From an uncultured Gemmatimonadales bacterium (GTDB lineage Bacteria > Gemmatimonadota > Gemmatimonadetes > Gemmatimonadales > GWC2-71-9): DNA of 64,000 nt. The DNA is taken from NCBI GenBank assembly GCA_963739455.1, contig CAVUAK010000002.1, forward strand, positions 320,001 to 384,000. The letters are read 5' to 3'. Under the pieces are notes generated by a model. That model searched no databases. It was not told the origin of the DNA and saw only the letters and a list, made by a program, of their open reading frames with translations. Every line of letters begins with the position of its first letter. Position 1 is the stretch's first letter. Both the position numbers and the translations under genes were made by a program. Positions 1 to 12,671 of the stretch are shown here, piece by piece.

Positions 1-924
1 AAGAGCTGGTCGCGGCGCCGTTCCAGTTCGGCGAGCCGCGCCGGATCATCCTGAACCTCCTGGGCATAGTCCGCCGCAAGCCGAGCCAGTTCGTCGAGGT
101 TGGCGAACGCGGCGTCGAGCAACTCGCGCCACGGTGCCACGGTGGGGTCGGCCCGCTCGAGTGTGGTCAGCGCGCGGTCTGCCTGGGCCAGCGCGGCGAG
201 CGCGCCGTCGTCTCCCGACCCGGCCGCCTCACTGACCCGTGACGCATGGCCACTCAGCGTACCGGCCTGTGAGAGGCGGCGCACCTCCAGCTCGAGCGCC
301 TCCTCCTCATTGGGCTTGAGCTTCGCGCGATCGATCTCGGCGACCACGTGGCGCAGGTAGTCGGCCCGCCGGCGCACCTCGTCCCGCCGCTGGGTGAGCG
401 CTGATTCTTCCGCCCGCACCGACTCGGTGGCGAGGTGCGCCTCGGCCACGGCGCCGCGCTCCCGTTCGGCGCCGGCGAAGGCATCGAGCATGTCGCGCTG
501 GGCCTCGGGGCGCAGGAGCGACTCGGTCTCATGCTGTCCGTGGAGGTCCACCAGGATCGCGCCGAGCTCGCCCAGCACGGTAGCAGTGGTCGGGCTGCCG
601 TTCACCCAGGCACGCGACCGCCCCTCGGTCGACACTTCGCGCCGGACCACGATGCGTCCGTCGTCCAGGTCGAGCCCCAGTGCCTCGACGCGCTTTCGCA
701 AGCCGGCGCCAGGAACATCGAACGCGCCTTCCACCACCGCGCGTGAGCGCACCGGGACGGACGAGGCCGCTATCCGCGCGTCCACCAAGCAAGAGGGCGA
801 GGGCATCGACGAGCATCGACTTCCCCGCCCCGGTCTCGCCGCTCAGGACATTCAGTCCCGGTGCGAGTTGCAGCGTCACGTCCGCGATCGTGGCAAGGTC
901 GCGAACCCTGAGCTCGGCGATCAT
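1..924 (-). CDS. recN: DNA repair protein RecN, 5' part (runs off the window; frameshift near 745)
   Basis: MIAELRVRDLATIADVTLQLAPGLNVLSGETGAGKSMLVDAL (Walker A). ATG at 924 overlaps the nadK stop (ATGA). LVDLHGQHE motif follows in the shifted frame. Confidence 0.93.
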
Positions 925-1790
925 CGCTCGATCTCGCGCTCGGAGAGGTCGCCCCAGTGGAGCTTGTCGCGCAGCAGCGAGAAGTACCCGAGCGGGTCGA
1001 GCCGGACGAGGCAGACCGCCGTGTTGCACCGCTGCACTTCCACCCGGGCGCCCTCGGCCAGGATGATGCCGGTCTGGCCGTCGAACGACACGAGCAGGTC
1101 CTCGGCCCATCCCTCCATCGGTTCCACCGCGATGACGCTGGTGGCCGATGCGACCAGCGGGCGCACCGTCATGGTGTGCGCGCAGATCGGCGTGATGCAG
1201 ATGGCCTCGAGGCCGGGAAGCAGGATCGGCCCGCCGGCACTGAGGGAGTAGGCGGTGGACCCGGTGGGCGTGGCGATGATGATCCCGTCGGCGCTGAACG
1301 GGCCAACGCTCTCGCCGTCCACCGTCACGTTGACCCGCACGACACGCGCGACACCGCCCTTGTGCACCACGACATCATTCAGCGCCCGCTGGCTCTGGAC
1401 CGTCGTGCCGTCACCGAGCGATACCGTTGCGGTGAGCGTGAGGCGCCGCTCGACGTGGTAGTCACGCCGGACCAGCGCCTCGACGGCACGCTTCAGGTCG
1501 GAGCGCTGGACGCCGGTGAGGAACCCGACACGGCCGAGGTTGACGCCGAGTATGGGAACTTCCTGGCCGTTCAGGAGGCGCGCGCCGCGAAGCAGCGTGC
1601 CATCGCCGCCAAAGGTGACGAGTGCATCGAGCGGCGCGGATTCGAGGAATGGGACCGGACGGTCCCAGAATGGTTCGAGGCGGGGTTCACTGAACAGCCT
1701 GACGCCGAGCGTCGGCGCCAGGCTGGCGAGGTCGCGCAGGACCGCCGCCAGGTCCGCGTACCGCGGGTTCCCGACGACGCCGAGATTCAT
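921..1790 (-). CDS. nadK: NAD(+) kinase
   Basis: GGDGT, LND and TPTGSTAYSLSAGGP motifs. Confidence 0.96.
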   Translation of the reverse strand: MNLGVVGNPRYADLAAVLRDLASLAPTLGVRLFSEPRLEPFWDRPVPFLESAPLDALVTFGGDGTLLRGARLLNGQEVPILGVNLGRVGFLTGVQRSDLKRAVEALVRRDYHVERRLTLTATVSLGDGTTVQSQRALNDVVVHKGGVARVVRVNVTVDGESVGPFSADGIIIATPTGSTAYSLSAGGPILLPGLEAICITPICAHTMTVRPLVASATSVIAVEPMEGWAEDLLVSFDGQTGIILAEGARVEVQRCNTAVCLVRLDPLGYFSLLRDKLHWGDLSEREIER

Positions 1791-3688
1791 CGTGCTTCCA
1801 GGCTCTCCTCGCGCACGAGCGCGGAGATGCGGCGGGCGATGCCGTCGGCGGTGAGGCCGAACTCCTCCAGCTGGTCGGGGCGAGGGGCCTGCTCCACCAG
1901 CTTGTCCGGAATGCCGAGAGCCACCACGCGCACCTCGGGCCGGGTGGTCTGCAGCATCTCGGCGAGGTATGCGCCGAAGCCGTTCACCACCGTCCCCTCC
2001 TCGACCGTGACGATGGTGCGATGATCGCGCGCGATGGCCTCGAGCATGGTGGAATCGAGCGGCTTCAGGAAGCGACAGTTGACGACGGCCGCGTCGATGC
2101 CGGTCGCCGCGAGTCGCTCGGCGGCCTGCAGCGCCGGCTGGACCATGGTGCCCACAGCGAGGATGGCGAGGTCACGGCCCTCGCGCAGCGACTCCCACGT
2201 GCCGTACGGCACGGCCGGCATTTCGCTGACGGGGCGCGGCTCGACCGGCACCTTGTCGCGCGGATAGCGGGTGCAGAACGGCCCACCGGTGTGCGCCAGC
2301 GCGGTGCGCAGGAGGCCCACCAGCTCGTCGCCATCCTTCGGGGCGGTGACCGTCATGCCCGGCACCGCCAGCATGTAGGCGATGTCGTAGAGGCCCATGT
2401 GCGTCTGGCCGTCTTCGCCAACCAGCCCCGCGCGGTCCATGCAGAAGATCACGGGCAGGTGCTGCACGGCGATGTCGTGGATGATGTTGTCGTATGCGCG
2501 CTGCAGGAACGTGCTGTAGATGGCGCACGACCGGCTTGATGCCCTGCGTGGCAAGACCGCCGGCGAACGTGACGGCGTGTCCCTCGGCGATGCCCACGTC
2601 GAAGAACCGCTCCGGCCACTTCTTCTGGAAGATGGCGGTGCCCGTGCCCGAGGGCATGGCCGCCGTGATCGCGACCAGGTCCTTGTCTTCCTCGGCCAGC
2701 GCCGTCAGCGCGTCCCCGAAGACCTGCGTCCACGTTGGGTGGGCCGCTCGCCTTCTTCCGCGGCTCGCCGGTGATCGGGTCGTACGCCGCGAGGCCATGC
2801 CACTTCTCACGGTTGGATTCCGCGAAGCCGAAGCCCTTCCCCTTCTCGGTGAGCACGTGCACCACCCGGGGGCCCGTCATCGATCGCACCATCGCGAGCG
2901 TGTCGGTCAGCTTGTCGAGGTCATGGCCGTCGATGGGGCCGAAGTACCGGAAGCCGAGCTCCTCGAAGAGCATGCCCGGCGACCAGAGGTTCTTGACGCT
3001 CTCCTCGACATTCTTGGCGAAATCCACCACGCCCTGCGCCGAAGACGCCACCGAGCGCGAAGGTCATGTGCTTCACCTTCTCGCGGAGCCGGTTGGTGCG
3101 CGGATCGGCGACGATGGCACCGAGTGTCTTGTTGATCGCACCGACGTTGGGCGAGATCGACATGCCGTTGTCGTTGACGATGAGCATGATGTCGCGATCG
3201 GAGTGCCCCGCGTTGTTCATGCCCTCGTACGACAGGCCGCACGTCAGGGCGCCGTCGCCCACCACGGCCACGACCTTGTGCTGCTGGCGCCGGAGGTCGC
3301 GCGCGGTGGCCATGCCCAGCGCCGCCGACATCGCCGTGCCGGCGTGCCCGGCACCGAACTGGTCGTGCTCACTCTCACTGCGCTTGAGGAAGCCGGAAAT
3401 ACCATCGGTCTGGCGCAGCGTGGGGAATCCCTCGTTGCGCCCCGTGAGGAGCTTCCAGGCGTAGGCCTGGTGACCGACGTCCCAGAGAATCTTGTCGGTC
3501 GGGGAGTCGAACTCGTACAGGAGCGCGATGGTGAGCTCCACAACGCCGAGGCTCGCCCCGATGTGGCCCCCGGTCTGCGAGCAGCACTCGATCAGGCGCT
3601 CGCGGATATCCGCGGCCAGCTGCGGCAGCTGGTCGCGCCGCAGGCGCTTGAGGTCGGCGGGGCCGTGGATGGAATCGAGGAGAGACAT
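1787..3688 (-). CDS. dxs: 1-deoxy-D-xylulose-5-phosphate synthase (frameshifts near 3040, 2740 and 2530)
   Basis: [53 protein letters not shown] and [10 protein letters not shown] spread over four frames. Confidence 0.96.
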
Positions 3689-3691
3689 GGG

Positions 3692-4610
3692 TCAGGAGTT
3701 CCTTGTCACAATATAGTGCGCCAATGCCCCGAGGGCGGGCGTGGACAGCCCTGCCCGCTCCAGGTGACTGATCGCCGAGCGTGCCAGCCGCTCCGCCTCC
3801 GCCCGCGCGCCATCGATTCCCAGCAGCTGCGCGTAGGTGGACTTGCTGAGCGCCTCATCCTTGCCTGCGGTCTTGCCCAGCTGATCGCTGGTTCCAGTGA
3901 CGTCGAGCACGTCATCGGCGACCTGGAACGCGAGCCCGATGTCGGCACCGTAGCGCTGCAACGCGAGCAGGCCCTCGTCCGAGGCTCGCGCAGCCAGGCC
4001 GCCGAGCACGCAGGACGCCTGGATCAGCGCGCCCGTCTTTCCCCGATGCACGGTGATGAGCTCGGGCAGGTCGAGGCGCCGGCACTCCGCCTCGAGATCG
4101 AGCCATTGCCCGCCCACCATGCCCTCGATGCCACCCGCCTCGAACAGGGTGCAGGCCATCGTGCCGAGCAGTGACGACTCGAGGCCGAGTTCCTGCGCGG
4201 CCTCGACCAGCACCCTGGCTGCCACTGGCACCAGGAGGAAACCTACCCGCGTGGCGGTCGGTACATCGAACTGCCGGTGCATCGTGGCGCGCCCGCGCCG
4301 CAGGTCGTCGTTGTCCATGCACGGCAGGTCGTCGTGCACCAGTGAGTAGGTGTGGACGATCTCCACCGCCGCAGCCACACCGGCCACCGCCTGCGTTGTG
4401 ACCGCCGGCCGCGCGATACGCACCGAGCACCAATGCCGGGCGGACCCGCTTCCCCGGGCTCTGGAGCGCATACCCGAAGGCGGCGCCGAGCGGGCCAGGC
4501 ACCATCGCGGTCAGTTGATCCGCTACCTGGCGAAGTCGCCGGTCGGTATCCTCGCGTGCCTCGGCAAGCAGTGCCTCCGCCGACGCCGGTGGTGCCTCAG
4601 AGATCGACAC
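3692..4610 (-). CDS. ispA: Polyprenyl/farnesyl diphosphate synthase (frameshift near 4400)
   Basis: GKRVRP, SLVHDDLPCMDNDDLRRG, GGQWLD, KTGALI, FQVADDVLD. Confidence 0.93.
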
Positions 4611-4821
4611 GAGTGCTCCGCAACGTGCCCGACGCATCGGCCAGCACCGACTGCACCGTCTGCTCCGCCCCGGCCAGGGTTTCGCGCGCGCGCCGCAGCC
4701 GGGCGATGCCCTCCTCGAACAGCGTGAGGGCGGCGTCGAGGTCCACATCCTCCTGCTCGAGGCGGCGCACGATCTCCTCGAGGGCCCGCACTTCCTCGGC
4801 GAGTGACGGGGTGTCAGCCAT
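4597..4821 (-). CDS. xseB: Exodeoxyribonuclease VII small subunit
   Basis: LEEIVRRLEQEDVDLDAALTLFEEG; lies between xseA and ispA. Confidence 0.93.
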   Translation of the reverse strand: MADTPSLAEEVRALEEIVRRLEQEDVDLDAALTLFEEGIARLRRARETLAGAEQTVQSVLADASGTLRSTRVDL

Positions 4822-5980
4822 CAGCCCTCCTCCACCCGCGACGGGACGTCGCCGTCGCGCACGCGCAGGCGGTAGCGAAGCCCGGGACTGAATTCGGCCC
4901 GTCGACGCAGCACCCGTCCATCGAGCGACACCGGCACCGCGAAGCCACGGTCGAGCACGCGCAGCGGACTCAGCGCATCCAGCTGCGCGCCGATGCGATC
5001 GAGCCGGTGGCGATGCTGTCGCACCGCACCCTCCATTCCCGACTCCAGCCGGTCGGCGGTGCGCGCCAGCCGTTCGCCCAGGAGGCGCGTGCGCCGCGAG
5101 AGTCCACCTGCGAGGCGCAGCGCGAGTGGCGTCAACGGCACGCGCGCACCTCACGCTGGTCCGCCACCGCCAACTCGGCGGCATTGGACGGCGTCGCCGC
5201 CCGCACATCGGCGACAAGGTCACAGAGGGTGATGTCGCTCTCGTGGCCCACCGCCGAGATGGTCGGGATCTTCACCGCCGCAAGCGCCCGGCACACCTTC
5301 TCCTCGTTGAAGGCGCTCAGGTCCTCACGCGCCCCACCACCGCGGCCCACGATGCACACGTCGGCATCGAGCAGGTTGACCGTGCGGAGCGCGCGCACCA
5401 GTTCCGGCACCGCATCCCCACCCTGCACCCGTGCGCCGACCACCAGGATGCGCACCGCCGGCCAGCGGCTTCGCGCCACCGTGACGATATCGTGCAGTGC
5501 CGCGCCCTCGAGGCTCGTCACCACGGCAAGGGTCGAGGCATACCGCGGCAGCGGCCGCTTGCGTGACGGGTCGAGCAGGCCGTCGCGGGTGAGCGCAGCG
5601 CGCGTCGCCTCGAGCTGCTGCTGCTGCTGGCCAAGCTGGTCGCTGCGAAGCAGCACCGTCGCGGTGAAGCGGAATTCGCCCTTTTCCTCCCACAGGCCTG
5701 GCGTGCCGAAGACGTGCACCTCGGCGCCCTCCTCCGGCTTGCTCTTCGCGCGCTGCACCCAGGTGCGCCACATGACGCAGCGCACCTGCGCGTTGCCGTC
5801 CTGCAGCGTGAAGTACCAGTGCCCGCTCGCATACTTCTTGAAGCTGGTAACCTCACCCCGCACCCACACCGGCGGCATGTTCTGCTCGAGCAGTCCGCGC
5901 GCCGCCTGGTTGAGGTCACTCACCGACCAGACCTCGGCGGGATCGAGCCCCGCCGGCCCGAACGGCAACGGCAAGGTCAC
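4821..5980 (-). CDS. xseA: Exodeoxyribonuclease VII large subunit (frameshift near 5140)
   Basis: [38 protein letters not shown], and C-terminal [11 protein letters not shown]. Confidence 0.95.
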
Positions 5981-6861
5981 CGCGTGGCCTGCCGCATGGC
6001 CTGCAGCGTGTTCTGCATCAGCATGGCAATCGTCATCGGGCCCACGCCGCCGGGAACCGGCGTGATCGCCGAGGCGACCTCGGCACACTCATCGTACGCC
6101 ACGTCGCCGGTGAGCCGGTAGCCGCGCGGCTTCGAGGCGTCGTCCACCCGGTTGATCCCGACGTCGATGATGACGGCACCGGGCTTCACGAAGTCACGGG
6201 TGACGAACTCGGGCTTGCCGATGGCCGCGATGATGATGTCAGCACTGCGGCACACCGCCGGCAGGTCGCGCGTCTTCGAGTGACACACCGTGACGGTGGC
6301 GTCGCCGCCGGCGCCCGTCTGGATGAGCAGGTTCGCCATCGGCTTCCCGACGATGGTGCTGCGGCCGACGACGACGGCGTGCGCGCCCTTCGTCTCGATA
6401 CCCGAGCGGATGAGCATCTGCTGCACGCCGTATGGGGTGCACGGCCGGAGGGCGGTCGGGTCGCCGATGACAAGCTTGCCGACGTTCTGCGGATGGAAGC
6501 CGTCCACGTCCTTCGCCGGGTTGACCCGGTTGAGGACTTTTTCCGTATCGATGTGCTTCGGCAGCGGAAGCTGGACGAGGATGCCGTGCACTGCCGCATC
6601 GGCATTGAGCTGGTCCACGATCTCCAGGACTTCGGCCTCGGACGCCGTCGCCGGGCGCGTGATCTTGACGGAGTACATGCCGGCCTCGATGCAGGCCTTC
6701 TCCTTGCTGCCGACATACGCCTTGCTGGCGGGGTCCTCTCCGATCAGCACCACGGCGAGTCCCGGCTTCATGCCCAGCGCCGCAAACCTGGCCGCCTCCA
6801 CGGCGACCTCGTCGCGGATGGTCCGGGCGAGCGCGACGCCATCGATGATGCGCGCGGTCAC
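5977..6861 (-). CDS. folD: Bifunctional methylenetetrahydrofolate dehydrogenase/cyclohydrolase
   Basis: [34 protein letters not shown]. Confidence 0.97.
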   Translation of the reverse strand: MTARIIDGVALARTIRDEVAVEAARFAALGMKPGLAVVLIGEDPASKAYVGSKEKACIEAGMYSVKITRPATASEAEVLEIVDQLNADAAVHGILVQLPLPKHIDTEKVLNRVNPAKDVDGFHPQNVGKLVIGDPTALRPCTPYGVQQMLIRSGIETKGAHAVVVGRSTIVGKPMANLLIQTGAGGDATVTVCHSKTRDLPAVCRSADIIIAAIGKPEFVTRDFVKPGAVIIDVGINRVDDASKPRGYRLTGDVAYDECAEVASAITPVPGGVGPMTIAMLMQNTLQAMRQATR

Positions 6862-8439
6862 CGGGCCACCCCGACGGCCCGCGTCTCCCGGATCACCACC
6901 ACCCGGATCTGCCCGGGGTACTGGAGCTCATCCTCGATGCGCTTGGCGATCTGCTCGCTCAGTGCCGCCGCGCCCGCATCGTCGATCTGGTCTGGAGTAA
7001 CCACCACCCGCACCTCCCTCCCCGCCTGGATGACATTGCACTTCTCGACACCCTTGAAGGCGTTCGCGATCTCCTCGAGACGCGTCAGCCGCTTGACGTA
7101 GCTCTCGAACGCCTCGCGGCGGGCGCCCGGGCGCGCCCCGCTGATGGCATCAGCCGCCTGCACCAGCACGGACTCGGTGGACTCGTGCGGCACGTCGTCG
7201 TGATGCGCGTGCAATGCAGTTGATGACCGCTGCGCTCTCGCCGTACTTGCGGGCCATCTCGACGCCGAGCTCGACGTGGGTGCCCTCGCTCTCGTGCGTC
7301 AGCACCTTGCCGATGTCATGCAGCAGGCCGCCCCGGCGGGCGAGCTCCGGGTCGACGTGAAGCTCGGCCGCCATGTTGCCGGCGATCCAGGCGACTTCCT
7401 TCGAGTGCTCGAGGATGTTCTGCCCATACGAGGTGCGGTACTTCATGCGCCCGATGAGCTTGATGAGCTCCGGGTGAATGCCGTGCACGTTGGCGTCGTA
7501 GGCCGCCTGCTCGCCGGCCTCTACCAGCTGCTGGTCCAGCTCACGACGGATCTTGGCCACCACTTCCTCGATGCGACCGGGATGGATCCGGCCGTCGACG
7601 ATCAGCGCCTCGAGCGACCGGCGCGCCACTTCGCGGCGGATCGGGTCGAAGCAGGAAATGACGACGGTGTCGGGCGTATCGTCGATGATGACGTCCACGC
7701 CGGTCGCGGTCTCGAAGGCCCGGATGTTCCGGCCCTCGCGACCGATGATCCGCCCCTTCATCTCGTCGCTCGGCAGCGTGACGGCGGAGACGGTGGTCTC
7801 GGCGGTATGCTCGGCGGCAATGCGCTGCGCTGCCATGGAGATGATGCGGCGCGCCTCCTTCTCGGCACCCTTCCGCGCCTGGTCCTTGATGTCGCGCGCG
7901 AGGGCCAGCGCCGCACCGCGCGCCTCGTCTTCCACCCGCTGCAATAGTTGCTGCCGGGCATCAGCGGCGGTCAGGCCCGCGATCTGTTCGAGCTTCGCCT
8001 GCTGCTCCGCGGCGAAGCGCGCCGCTTCCTGCTCCCGTCCAGCGATCTGCTTGTCGCGCGAGTCGAGCTGCTGGACGCGCTTGCCCAGTTCCTTCTGCTG
8101 GCCATCCAGCTCCGCCTGCCGCCGCTCGAGCACCTGGTTGCGCTCCTCCGCTCGGCGCTCGACCCGGCCCACCTCCTCGCGCCGGCGAACGAGCTCCTGC
8201 TCCAGCGCCTCGCGCTGCTGCACCGCCTCCATCTTGGCCGCCAGCACCGCTTCCGCCCGGGCGCGATCGACGCCCTGCGTGGCATCGGCGCGGATGCGCG
8301 CGGCCTCTGAACGCGCGTCGGCCAGGACGCCCGTTGCCGCTTTCTTCTGGGATCGGCTGTAGACAAAAAAGAAACCGGCCGCGACAATCAGGCCGGCCGT
8401 GATCCCCTCGAGGAGGGGCAGGAGCAGCGCCTGGCTCAT
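6858..8439 (-). CDS. rny: Ribonuclease Y (frameshift near 7210)
   Basis: N-terminal TM helix and coiled coil, KH motif [16 protein letters not shown] motif [19 protein letters not shown]. Confidence 0.96.
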
Positions 8440-8497
8440 GAACTATTTTATCTCCAGGAGGTCGCCGGGGCGCCTCCGGTCAGTCAGTCGGAGCTGG

Positions 8498-8803
8498 TCA
8501 CCCCGAGGTCGCCCGGCTGCCGCGCTTGGCGGGCGGCAGCAGCGGGGCTATCTCGTCGGCCAGCGCAGTGAGCCGCGCGGCGAACTCCCGGTCGCCACGG
8601 CGGGACTGGAACAATTCATCGGTGATCGCGAGCGCCGCGAGGATCGCGGCCTTGTGCGGTTCCACGGCCGGAAGCGTCGCGCGCACCCGGGACAGTGCAG
8701 CGTCGAGATACGCCGCCACCTCACGGGTGTACTCGGGCGGTAGCTCGGACCGCACCGTGTACACCTCGCCACCGATCGTCACCGGCACCACGTTCTTGCT
8801 CAT
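8498..8803 (-). CDS. zapA: Cell division protein ZapA
   Basis: VTIGGEVYTVRS...AAYLD...AILAALAITDELF; sits between pheT and rny. Confidence 0.88.
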   Translation of the reverse strand: MSKNVVPVTIGGEVYTVRSELPPEYTREVAAYLDAALSRVRATLPAVEPHKAAILAALAITDELFQSRRGDREFAARLTALADEIAPLLPPAKRGSRATSG

Positions 8804-9108
8804 GCCGGCTCCGTCATGCCTCGTTCGAGGAATGCCAGCCGGCTGGCAAGGGACGTGACTTTCTCCCTGACGGCGGCCAGCCGCTGCTGGAGGACCACGT
8901 TCTCCTGCTCGAGCTCAGCCAGCCGGGCGCGCGCCTGAACCGGATCTGGTGCCTTGCCGCCGGGCACCCTGGACCGCAGTTCCTGCAGCTCTCCCTCGGC
9001 GCGGAGACACCGGCGCCGCCACACCGTCAGTTCTTCTGTGGCGTGCCGCACCAGCGTCTCTACTTCGGCCAGCGCGCGGCGCTCGGGCCGCTCGTACGTA
9101 TCGCTCAC
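8800..9108 (-). CDS. Coiled-coil protein upstream of zapA (ZapB-like position)
   Basis: Heptad-rich sequence; stop overlaps the zapA start. Confidence 0.6.
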   Translation of the reverse strand: MSDTYERPERRALAEVETLVRHATEELTVWRRRCLRAEGELQELRSRVPGGKAPDPVQARARLAELEQENVVLQQRLAAVREKVTSLASRLAFLERGMTEPA

Positions 9109-9118
9109 CTTCAGCTCC

Positions 9119-11518
9119 TCACGCGCCACGGCGCGACAGCCCCAACTCGCGCTCGAGCGCTCCAAGGACCCCGGTCTCGATGGTGTCTACGTCGGCGTCG
9201 CGCAGGGTGCGATCGGCCGCGCGGAATGTCAGGCGGAACGTGACGCTCCGGCGCCCCTCACCTACGGCCGCGCCCCGGAACTCTGCGGTGACCCGCACGG
9301 ATTCCAGCAGGCTTCCCGCGGCCTGCCGGATTGCATCCGCCACGACGGACGATGCCACGCCATCGGCCAGGACCAGCGAAAGGTCACGCTCGACGGCCGG
9401 GTTGGTGGGAAGCGGCACCACCCTCACGGGCAGGCGCGCACCGTCGGCCACGTCGATTTCGACACCGAACAGGGCACCGCCCCACGGTGGGCTGTCCGCC
9501 TCGAGGCGGCCCGCCCATCCCACCGTCCTTCCATCCTTCACACGTGCCATGAAGTGATCACCTTCAACGTGCCACGTCGCACCGGGATGCGCCAGAGCAC
9601 CCGCCACGGAAGCGAGCTCCTTCAGGTCCCAGACGTCCACGTCGGGCACGGCGTCCGCGGTCCAATGCCCCGGTTCCCGGGCGCCCGTCACCACGAGTCC
9701 CAGGCGCAGCTGCTCCACGGGTCGGCGGCCCGGCGCTCCCCGCTCAAAGACCGTTCCGACCTCGAAGAGGCGAACGTCGCGGACATGGTTGTTCCAGTTG
9801 CGCTCCGCATGGCGCACCAGGGTGGGCAGCAGCCGGCGGCGCAGGGACGCCCCGGTGTCGGCGAGGGGATTGAGCAGGGGCACGCTGGTTTCCCCGTCGG
9901 CGCCGGTGAAGGGCAGGCTCACAACCTCGGACAGCCCCTCGGCCACGAGGCCCTGGCGGATACGATGCTTCACGGCCACGGCCGGGGCATCGGGCAGCGC
10001 GCCGACACGGAACGGCCGCAGTTCCGTCGGCACCCGGTCGTACCCGTGCATCCGTGCCACCTCCTCGACGAGGTCGATTTCCGTCGTGAGGTCGGGTCGC
10101 CATCCAGGCACGTCGACAGCAATCCGCGCGTCGTCGGGCTTCGCCACAACGGTGGCGCCGATCGCCACGAGGCACCGCTCGACTTCATGCTGCCCCAAGT
10201 CGAGACCGAGCACCTGCCTGACCCGCGCGAGACGGAGGAAGATCCGGGGCGGGTTCGCCACCAGTGGGTGCAGGTCCACCGGCGTGCCTTCGACGGTGCC
10301 GCCGGCGGTCAGCAGGATGATCTCGATGCAGCGCCGCATGGCCTCGGTGGCGTTCCAGCGATCAACACCCCGCTCGAAGCGGTAGCTCGCCTCGGTGCTC
10401 AAGCCGAGCGCACGACGGGCTCGGCGGACGCGGGCGGGCTCGAACCAGGCAGCCTCGAGGGCGAGGTCGGTTGTCGTGTCGCGCACCTCGGTTTCGGCAC
10501 CGCCCATGATCCCGCCGATGCCCACCAGCTTGACGGCGTCGGCGATCACCGTGGTGTCCGCATCGAGCGTGCGCTCCACGCCATCGAGCGTCACGAGTCT
10601 TCTCGCCCTGGACAGCGCGGCGTGCAACCAGCGCCGGGCCCTTGAGCGTGGCAAGGTCGTACGCATGCATCGGCTGGCCGAGTTCGAGCATCACGTAGTT
10701 GGTTGCGTCGACGATGTTGTTGATCGAGCGCACACCCACCGCCTCGAGCGGCTGCCGCAGCCAGGCGGGTGAAGGGCCGACCTTCACGCCGCGCACCACC
10801 GCGGCGTGAAAGCGCGCGCATCCTTCAGGATCATCGATCGCGACGCGCAGCGGGCCCGGTGACGATCTCGCGCACGCCGGTGGCGCGCTGGACCGGCGGG
10901 ACATCGGGGGCCAGTGCGGCATGCGCCAAGTTGCGGCAGGCGATACGGCACATTGAGCGACGCGGCAAGTTCGCGCGCGATGCCCTTGTGACCGAGGAGA
11001 TCGGGACGGTTCGGCGTGACATCCACCACGATCCGGTCGTCGTCCAGCGGCAGCGCCTCGAGCAGGAGCGTGCCCGGCGCGGCGTCAGTGTCGAGTTCCC
11101 AGAGCCCGTCAGCATCGACACCTACCCCAAGTTCACGCGCCGAGCAGAGCATGCCCTCGGACAGTTCGCCGCGGAGCTTCGCCTTCTCGATGCGCATCGG
11201 GGCACCGCCCTTCCCCACCGGCACCGTCGCACCCACCGGCGCAAAGGGATACTTCCGACCTGCAGTGACATTGGGCGCGCCGCACACGACCTGCCGCCGC
11301 TCGGTGCCACCGTCGTTCACGGTACAGACGCGAAGGCGATCGGCATTCGGATGCTGGCGCACCTCTTCCACCAGTGCCACGCGGATGTCACCGAGCCCCG
11401 CGTTGAGCGGCTCGATCACGTCCACGGCGGCGCCCTGTGCCGCAAGACGGACGCTGATGTCCTGGGCGTCGAGCTTCTGGCGCAGGAAACGCTCGAGCCA
11501 GCGGCGGGAGACGTTCAT
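9119..11518 (-). CDS. pheT: Phenylalanine-tRNA ligase beta subunit (frameshifts near 10925, 10850 and 10600)
   Basis: HPNADRL, VVCGAPNV, TPNRPDLL, NNIVDATNYVMLELGQPMHAYD, SYRFERGVD, DLVEEVARMHGY. Confidence 0.96.
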
Positions 11519-12591
11519 GCGGGCGCGGTCCCCGGGGTGAACTGCGACAGGAAGCGCATGTCACCCTCGTACAGCAGGCGGATGTCGGGCACGCCATGAC
11601 GGAGCATGGTGATGCGTGCCGGGCCCATGCCGAAGGCGAAGCCGGTGAATCGCTCCGGATCGATGCCGCCCTGCTCCAGCACGCGCGGGTGCACCATGCC
11701 GCAGCCGAGGATCTCCATCCAGCCCGTGCCCTTGCAGGCGCCGCAGCCCGAGCCGTGACAGAGCTGGCACTCCACGTCCATCTCGGCCGACGGTTCGGTG
11801 AACGGGAAGAACGACGGCCGGAAGCGCACCGCGGTCGACGGCGAGAAGAAGCGCCGCGCGAAGTGCGTGAGCGTCGCCTTGAGGTCGACGAACGACACGC
11901 CCTCATCGATGGCCAGTCCCTCGATCTGCTCGAACGCCGGCGCGTGGGACGGATCGAATGCGTCGCTGCGATAGACCATGCCCGGCATGATCACGCGGAT
12001 CGGCGGCTCGGAGGCGTGCATGACGCGGATCTGCACCGGCGACGTGTGCGTGCGGAGCAGGAGGCGACCGGCGCCCTGTTCGTCGACCGTGGGGGGCACG
12101 TCGAGGTAGAGCGTGTCGTGCAGGTCCATCGCCGGATGATCGGCGGGAAAATTGAGCGCGAGGAAGTTGTACCAGTCGGTCTCGACCTCCGGGCCCAGGG
12201 CGATGGCGAAGCCCAGCCCGCGGAAGATCTCCGAGATCTCGTCGATGACCGCCGAGACAGGGTGCACCGCCCCGACCCACCGACGTCGCGCGGGCATGGT
12301 GAGGTCGATGGCGCGGCGCTCGGCCTCGGCCCTGGCCCGGTCGAGTTCCGCCCGCCGCTCCGCGATTGCCGCCTCGGCGCGCAGCTTGAGCGCGTTGACG
12401 GCGGCACCGAACGCGCGACGATCCTCCGGCGCGCGCGTCGCCAGCGTCTTGAGCGCCGCCGTGATCTCGCCAGCCTTCCGGCCCACGAGCGCGATTTCCT
12501 CTCGCTCGAGGGACGCCTGGTCGAGACTCGCGAGGGCCGCCACGCGTGGCAGCAGGGAGTCGAGTTCCGGATAACCGGTGGTGTCAGCCAT
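11515..12591 (-). CDS. pheS: Phenylalanine-tRNA ligase alpha subunit
   Basis: HPAMDLHDT, LLRTHTSPVQ, FRPSFFPFTEPS, GFAFGMG. Confidence 0.97.
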   Translation of the reverse strand: MADTTGYPELDSLLPRVAALASLDQASLEREEIALVGRKAGEITAALKTLATRAPEDRRAFGAAVNALKLRAEAAIAERRAELDRARAEAERRAIDLTMPARRRWVGAVHPVSAVIDEISEIFRGLGFAIALGPEVETDWYNFLALNFPADHPAMDLHDTLYLDVPPTVDEQGAGRLLLRTHTSPVQIRVMHASEPPIRVIMPGMVYRSDAFDPSHAPAFEQIEGLAIDEGVSFVDLKATLTHFARRFFSPSTAVRFRPSFFPFTEPSAEMDVECQLCHGSGCGACKGTGWMEILGCGMVHPRVLEQGGIDPERFTGFAFGMGPARITMLRHGVPDIRLLYEGDMRFLSQFTPGTAPA

Positions 12592-12615
12592 GGATGCAGG
12601 TCGGGCCGGATGAGT

Positions 12616-12653
12616 AAAGGGCCGCCCGCCGATCCGGCGAACGGCCCGAAAAA
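12616..12653 (-). terminator. GC-rich hairpin after rplT, possible weak terminator
   Basis: Minus-strand GGGCCGTTCGCCG-GAT-CGGCGGGCGGCCC followed by TTTA. Confidence 0.45.
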
Positions 12654-12671
12654 CCTGGAGGACCGTGTGGC

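Noticed and set aside
8440..8497. 6S RNA between zapA and rny
   Set aside because: The spacer is only 58 bp, too short.
2735..10645. Long plus-strand ORFs such as 2735-4174, 4803-6065 and 8954-10645
   Set aside because: Antisense shadows of real genes in high-GC DNA, with no recognisable motifs.
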